Assembly: GCA_964016885.1 (NCBI GenBank)
Contig: OZ024740.1
Coordinates: 91,388,001-91,452,000, forward strand
DNA from: Eledone cirrhosa
Taxonomy: Eukaryota
Direction: 5' to 3'
DNA: 64,000 nt
The position numbers and the translations under genes are program-made. Of this stretch, positions 55,868-64,000 are shown piece after piece (position 1 is the first letter of the stretch; each line of letters begins with the position of its first letter). A model generated the notes under the pieces. The model was not told the origin of the DNA. It did not search any database and was given only the letters and a program-made list of their open reading frames with translations.

Positions 55868-57085
55868 AGGAAATATCCTATTATCCAGCTTCCATTAGCG
55901 GAAACAGCAGCCAATACCGCCGATCAGGTGGCAACACCTATCGGGAACATCTACTTTAGGCTCCTCGAAAAACACTTCCCACTACAACACCGCTACCACA
56001 ACATAATCAACAAAAACACCATCAATGTCTCCTATAGCACCACACCTGACTTCGCAGAAAACATCGTCTCTTTTAACACAAAAAACGCAACCCTATGGAA
56101 GAAATAACCTAGACTTCAGTGGAGAGCCGACCAGGATGTGTAACTGTCCCGATAGATCCATGTACCCACTCAACAACAGATGCCGAGAACGTAATGTGAT
56201 CTACCAGTGCAACTTGTGGACGGACACCTACAACAAAACTTATATAGGATTAACCACTTGCGACTTTAAGAGCCTGATCTACCAACACCAGCATACTTTC
56301 CGAAACCCGGTCCGGCGACATGCCACTACACTTTCAGGCCACATCGGGGATCTAAAAGATAATAATATTACCTACATTCTCACTTGGAGCTTACTGTCCA
56401 GAACTAACTCTAACACTGGAGGACGCCGTCCGTGTAACTTATGCTCGGAGGAAATATTTCAAATGCTGTTTTCTAAGAACCAACACCTAAACAAGAAACA
56501 CGAACTGGTAACCGCATGCAAACACAGATTGCGGAGCACGTACCTCGCCCTCAAACCCCATAACAACCCGGGTGGGTAGACAAGGGCTGACACGCCCATT
56601 TGCCGATTTTGTAAGGGGAAACCTCTTGTTTACATAGGTAGAAGTAACTTTTTTCTTTTCCCCTACGTTCCCTTCTTCCCCCATCTCATCCTATTCCTTC
56701 CACCCCCGATCTCCTTCCTCGTCTGTCTTTCACCTTTCGCCTATCCCGATGTATCCCATCGGTCCTCTTTAACCTCAGTACGCCCTCCACCGTAATTTTG
56801 ATATAGAATTGGTCTATTACGCTTTTTTTAGACCCTGTAATAATTTCTTTTTTGTTACAACTCCTTTTCTACAATTTCTAAATACCTTATTTATTATTTT
56901 AATTCTCAACTTATTATCCTGTTATCGTAACACAGCATTGGCCGATTACGCTTTACTAACTATTTACAGCAGCGTGTTGGACCCCCTGTAAAGCCGGCTT
57001 TAAACATTTTCTTTCACTACAAACTACAATCTCGTTTCTTCCCATTCTGTAGCTTTTAAATTATTCTATAGCTTAGCAATACCTA
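55868..57085 (+). mobile_element. Naiad-like PLE family A copy 3
   Basis: ORF 56025..56579: MCNCPDRS, VIYQC, TYIGLT, CNLC, LNKKHELVTACKH. Confidence 0.92.
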
Positions 57086-57171
57086 CTAATTTTTAGCAGC
57101 TTCTCTTTTTTTATTTCTCACTATCAATATTGACTTTATATATTAGGGGACAGTGGTACTAATAAATGTTA

Positions 57172-57398
57172 TTTCGTCACACATTATGTGACCTCTTCAG
57201 TGACTGGGGATTCTTTTCTTTGTTTTTGTTCCTCTCCTTTGTTCTGTCCTACGTCATCTTGTTTGTGTGTGTGCACACACACAAAAACAAGATGGAAAAC
57301 ACACAAAAACAAACTGGCGTGGGACAGAACAAAGGAGAGGCAAAAAACAAAGAAAATAATACCCAGTCACTGAAGAGGTCACATAATGTGTGACGAAA
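57172..57398. repeat. Foldback with a hammerhead core on each arm
   Basis: TTTCGTCACACATTATGTGACCTCTTCAGTGACTGGG mirrored by CCCAGTCACTGAAGAGGTCACATAATGTGTGACGAAA. Confidence 0.92.
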
Positions 57399-57408
57399 GA
57401 ACTTTGAC
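57366..57408 (+). ncRNA. Minimal hammerhead
   Basis: GTCA-CTGAAGA-G-GTCACA(taatg)TGTGAC-GAAAG-AA-CTT-TGAC. Confidence 0.75.
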
Positions 57409-58305
57409 CATATATGAACAATCGTCTGTTTGTAGAACCAACCAACCAACCGGGAATTTATAAATTCCTAAATTTATAAATTTAATTTATAATAAATTGA
57501 AGTGAAAGTTACTGGTGCGTGTGTTTCTTATTGGCAACATGACCCTCCCAAAGCGTTCAACGCAAGGTGATCCTTGGGCAACCACGCCTCCGTTTATAAA
57601 ATGGAAATCGAAGAATCATTGATGTATCGGAACGCAATTTAATACGTATTAACATTTTTTCTCCGTGAACAGTTCGAGGTGCGAACTGTTTGTGGATCGA
57701 GTCTGACTCTGGTTTCGCAAGTCCCTGAGATACGTCTAGTGATCTCGAAGCAATTGCTCGCTGGAGAAACAATTGTGTTCCGATGCATCACTGATTTTTC
57801 GTCTTCCATCTTTTTATACTCTGCTCCGAACGAGCTTAGAGTGGTCAATCGGCATACCGCCTATGGATGCATCCTAGCAACCATAGGACATATATATATC
57901 CAACCTCATCTAAAATTAATTGTGTAGATGTATTATGCGATTATATCACTTTTGATTGTTTATATGAAGGGATCACATGTTTCATCAGCACATTTGATTC
58001 ACGAACATTCAGGAAAATATATGTTTTTGAAAAATTGTAATCGTGTTTACCCTACACTTTCCCGAAAGTGAGCAGAATAATTTTTAAGAACTGTTTGACT
58101 AAACATCTGATGAATTCTAAGTACATCAACGCATTATTCAATATATTAGAAGATATTATCAATGTTTGTGTTATGTGTTGCTCGTGGCATATGCAAATAT
58201 ACAGGCTAATTATATAACGAAATCGTATACACTAAAGAATTGCCAATTATGTATGTGAACACATGCACACATAACCACAGAAACAGGCACACACACACAC
58301 ACACC

Positions 58306-58339
<34 letters not shown>

Positions 58340-58383
58340 GAGAGAAACACACACACACATATATATATATACACACACACAGA

Positions 58384-58428
<45 letters not shown>

Positions 58429-58433
58429 AGACA

Positions 58434-58471
<38 letters not shown>

Positions 58472-58479
58472 TATTTTAA

Positions 58480-61597
<3,118 letters not shown>

Positions 61598-62051
61598 AGA
61601 TTTGAATGGATACATTTTAGTTGAAACGAATTTATTGACACGTGTTTCTATAACAGTTACATAACCTGAAAACAGCTGCTATCTACAGAGTATTAGTTAT
61701 GCAGACATTCAATATTTCAATGTTATTATATACTGTCATTTCATCAGAATAATATTACTGAGGACCTGTTTGGTTTTTATAGAGAATATTAGGAGGGAGG
61801 GGTGAAGTTGTTAGAAGAATAGTTGAGGGAGTGGTTTTTTGATAGCAGTGAGAATTTTTGGTGGCAGTGAGTAATTAGATTCCCATCTGTTGTTTTGACA
61901 TTTTTATAGAATATATTATTGGTTATTCTTCTAAATCTATAGAAGGATTAGAGATAGTAAAGATATGCGTGGTTGGTTTTGTCTTTGCACTTAATTAACA
62001 TTCAGACTTAAATTTTTCTTTCAAGTGTATATTACAACACAACGGAAAATA

Positions 62052-62214
<163 letters not shown>

Positions 62215-62216
62215 CG

Positions 62217-62266
62217 TTATTCCGGGTTGAATCGGAGGTAACCACAGTAAGTAAGGTACTCAATAC
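62217..62266 (-). repeat. 50-bp PLE terminal fragment embedded in (TA)n; identical to 50128-50177
   Basis: GTTATTCCGGGTTGAATCGGAGGTAACCACAGTAAGTAAGGTACTCAATAC at both sites. Confidence 0.85.
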
Positions 62267-63617
62267 CTATATATATATATGTATATATATATAGTTATAT
62301 ATGTATATATATATATAACATTCGTGTCTCGCTGTATGTTAAGTTTCTAAACATGAATAAATATGTCTGATGTAAGGGGCAATGATATTAAAAGCAGAAA
62401 CAATGTATTTCGCTGCAATTACTTTACTCGCATAGATGATGTGTTACAATTATATTTCCCGTAAGTAGAAAGCTGTAATTAAATTTCAAATGTGTTTTAC
62501 ATCTTCTGTCATCAAATATTTGTTGAATCGAGATATTGATTTTATAAGTAAAACTATAACCAGCACACAGATCGTTGTATGCGTCATGACTAAATATACC
62601 ACTGTGTGTATATGCGTGTGGGGTTCTTTGTTTCTGCCTACTCATAAGTGTATGTATATTTGCGTGATAGATTCTTAAAGGTCAATAATTTAATGTATTT
62701 AATATATTTTCACGTATACATACAATATAACAAGTTTCAGTTTTCTGCCATTTTATTCGAATGGAATTTGTTTATTTTTTTTAATGTTGATGCACTGTAT
62801 ATAATTAGTAATAATTATACCTGTGCCATTTTTATGTTTTAAAATATGATAGTTACAGGCTATGTAGTACACCGTCTTCAAATAGTTTAATACTACACAT
62901 GTATTCTCGGTTAGATATTATCAATGCGGTAGAGATTTTCATTATTCGGTCAATCAACGCTTTGTCATGAAATCAGTGATATATTTGTCTGTGTCAACTA
63001 TACCAAAAATTTATTGTTGTAATTTTGATTTCTCGTGAGTGTTAATTGCAATACTCAAACCAGATAAAGAACCATTTTATTCCCCGAAGAATGTCAGAGT
63101 AAGAACACAAATTTAAATGTAAATTTAAGTTTTTTATTATGTTATTTGCTCTTAAGACAATCATTTGCATTGATGTACACCATGTATATGATTGCAGTAA
63201 TAGGTATAAGATAAATGAAACACTGAATTATATTTTATTTCAGGTGCTGAATCAGTCAACATTTCTGAACATTTAACAGAGGGATTTATACAGCAAATGA
63301 TATAAATAGGTGGCGCACAGCATCCGAAATATGGCACCATTCAAAAGATAGGAAAATCCACAACAAAGATCCAGCAGCTATCATAAGTCAATGGACGGAA
63401 CACCTTAATGCAGTGCATTTGAGCTCAATATTTGCATAAACAGTATCATGTCCTCTCCACCAGTTGTGTAAGTGTATGTGGAGCCAGACATTTGCTTGAG
63501 AAAGAGAACATCTGTTGGTCAACTTTGTGTAATTCAAACGTGCACGTAATAGTGATTTTACCCTCCATTCTAAAAAAAAAGAAAATCACAGGATTATATA
63601 TATATATATGTATATAC

Positions 63618-63745
<128 letters not shown>

Positions 63746-64000
63746 AAAAATTGAACGGGAACAAAACAGAGAGGCAGTACGAACAAAGGTTTATTAGTTT
63801 CACGCTCTTATATATATTTATATTCATTAGTTAAGCAAAGCAAGACCACAATTTTCACAAGGAAGACATTATTAAAATATTGTCAACATATTTTAGTTTG
63901 ACGTAAGGAATGTAGAGAATAATAATAATAATATTTATAATAATAATTGTTTCGACTTTTGGCACATGTCCGTTTACAATTGTTTCGCTGGTCCATATTA

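Noticed and set aside
57530-57930. GC-richer block with several short ORFs
   Set aside because: No recognisable protein motif or RNA structure
63244-63467. Exon-like segment with TTTCAG acceptor and GTAAGT donor
   Set aside because: Stops in all three frames; cannot support a CDS (a UTR or lncRNA exon is not excluded)

Overview
Eukaryotic, AT-rich, repeat-dominated genomic DNA with one 200-N scaffold gap (7334-7533). The tRNA-derived SINE type and the (TA)n/(CA)n load suggest an octopus or other coleoid cephalopod (inference). No host protein-coding gene is supportable, and most ORFs in the track are microsatellite or antisense artefacts. The window is dominated by Penelope-like retroelements (PLEs; RT + C-terminal GIY-YIG) from about nine families. 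Six are Naiad-like (YRDD-type RT, DKT, CxCx5C linker, C-terminal CxH) and three are YVDD/YLDD-type. Four or five insertions carry an inverted copy of their own 3' end at the 5' side. Reading both strands by eye gives about 18 hammerhead-ribozyme (HHR) motifs. They lie at PLE 3' ends and in small ORF-less units between (TA)n tracts, and several are atypical: stem II extended to 50-110 nt, CCGANGA cores, an unpaired A.N at the base of stem II, and head-to-head HHR foldbacks. Also present are four tRNA-derived SINEs with TSDs, two RTE-type LINE remnants, a decayed Sola-like DNA transposon, a probable solo-LTR fragment and several long hairpins. All alignments and folds were done by eye, so boundaries are approximate (tens of bp).
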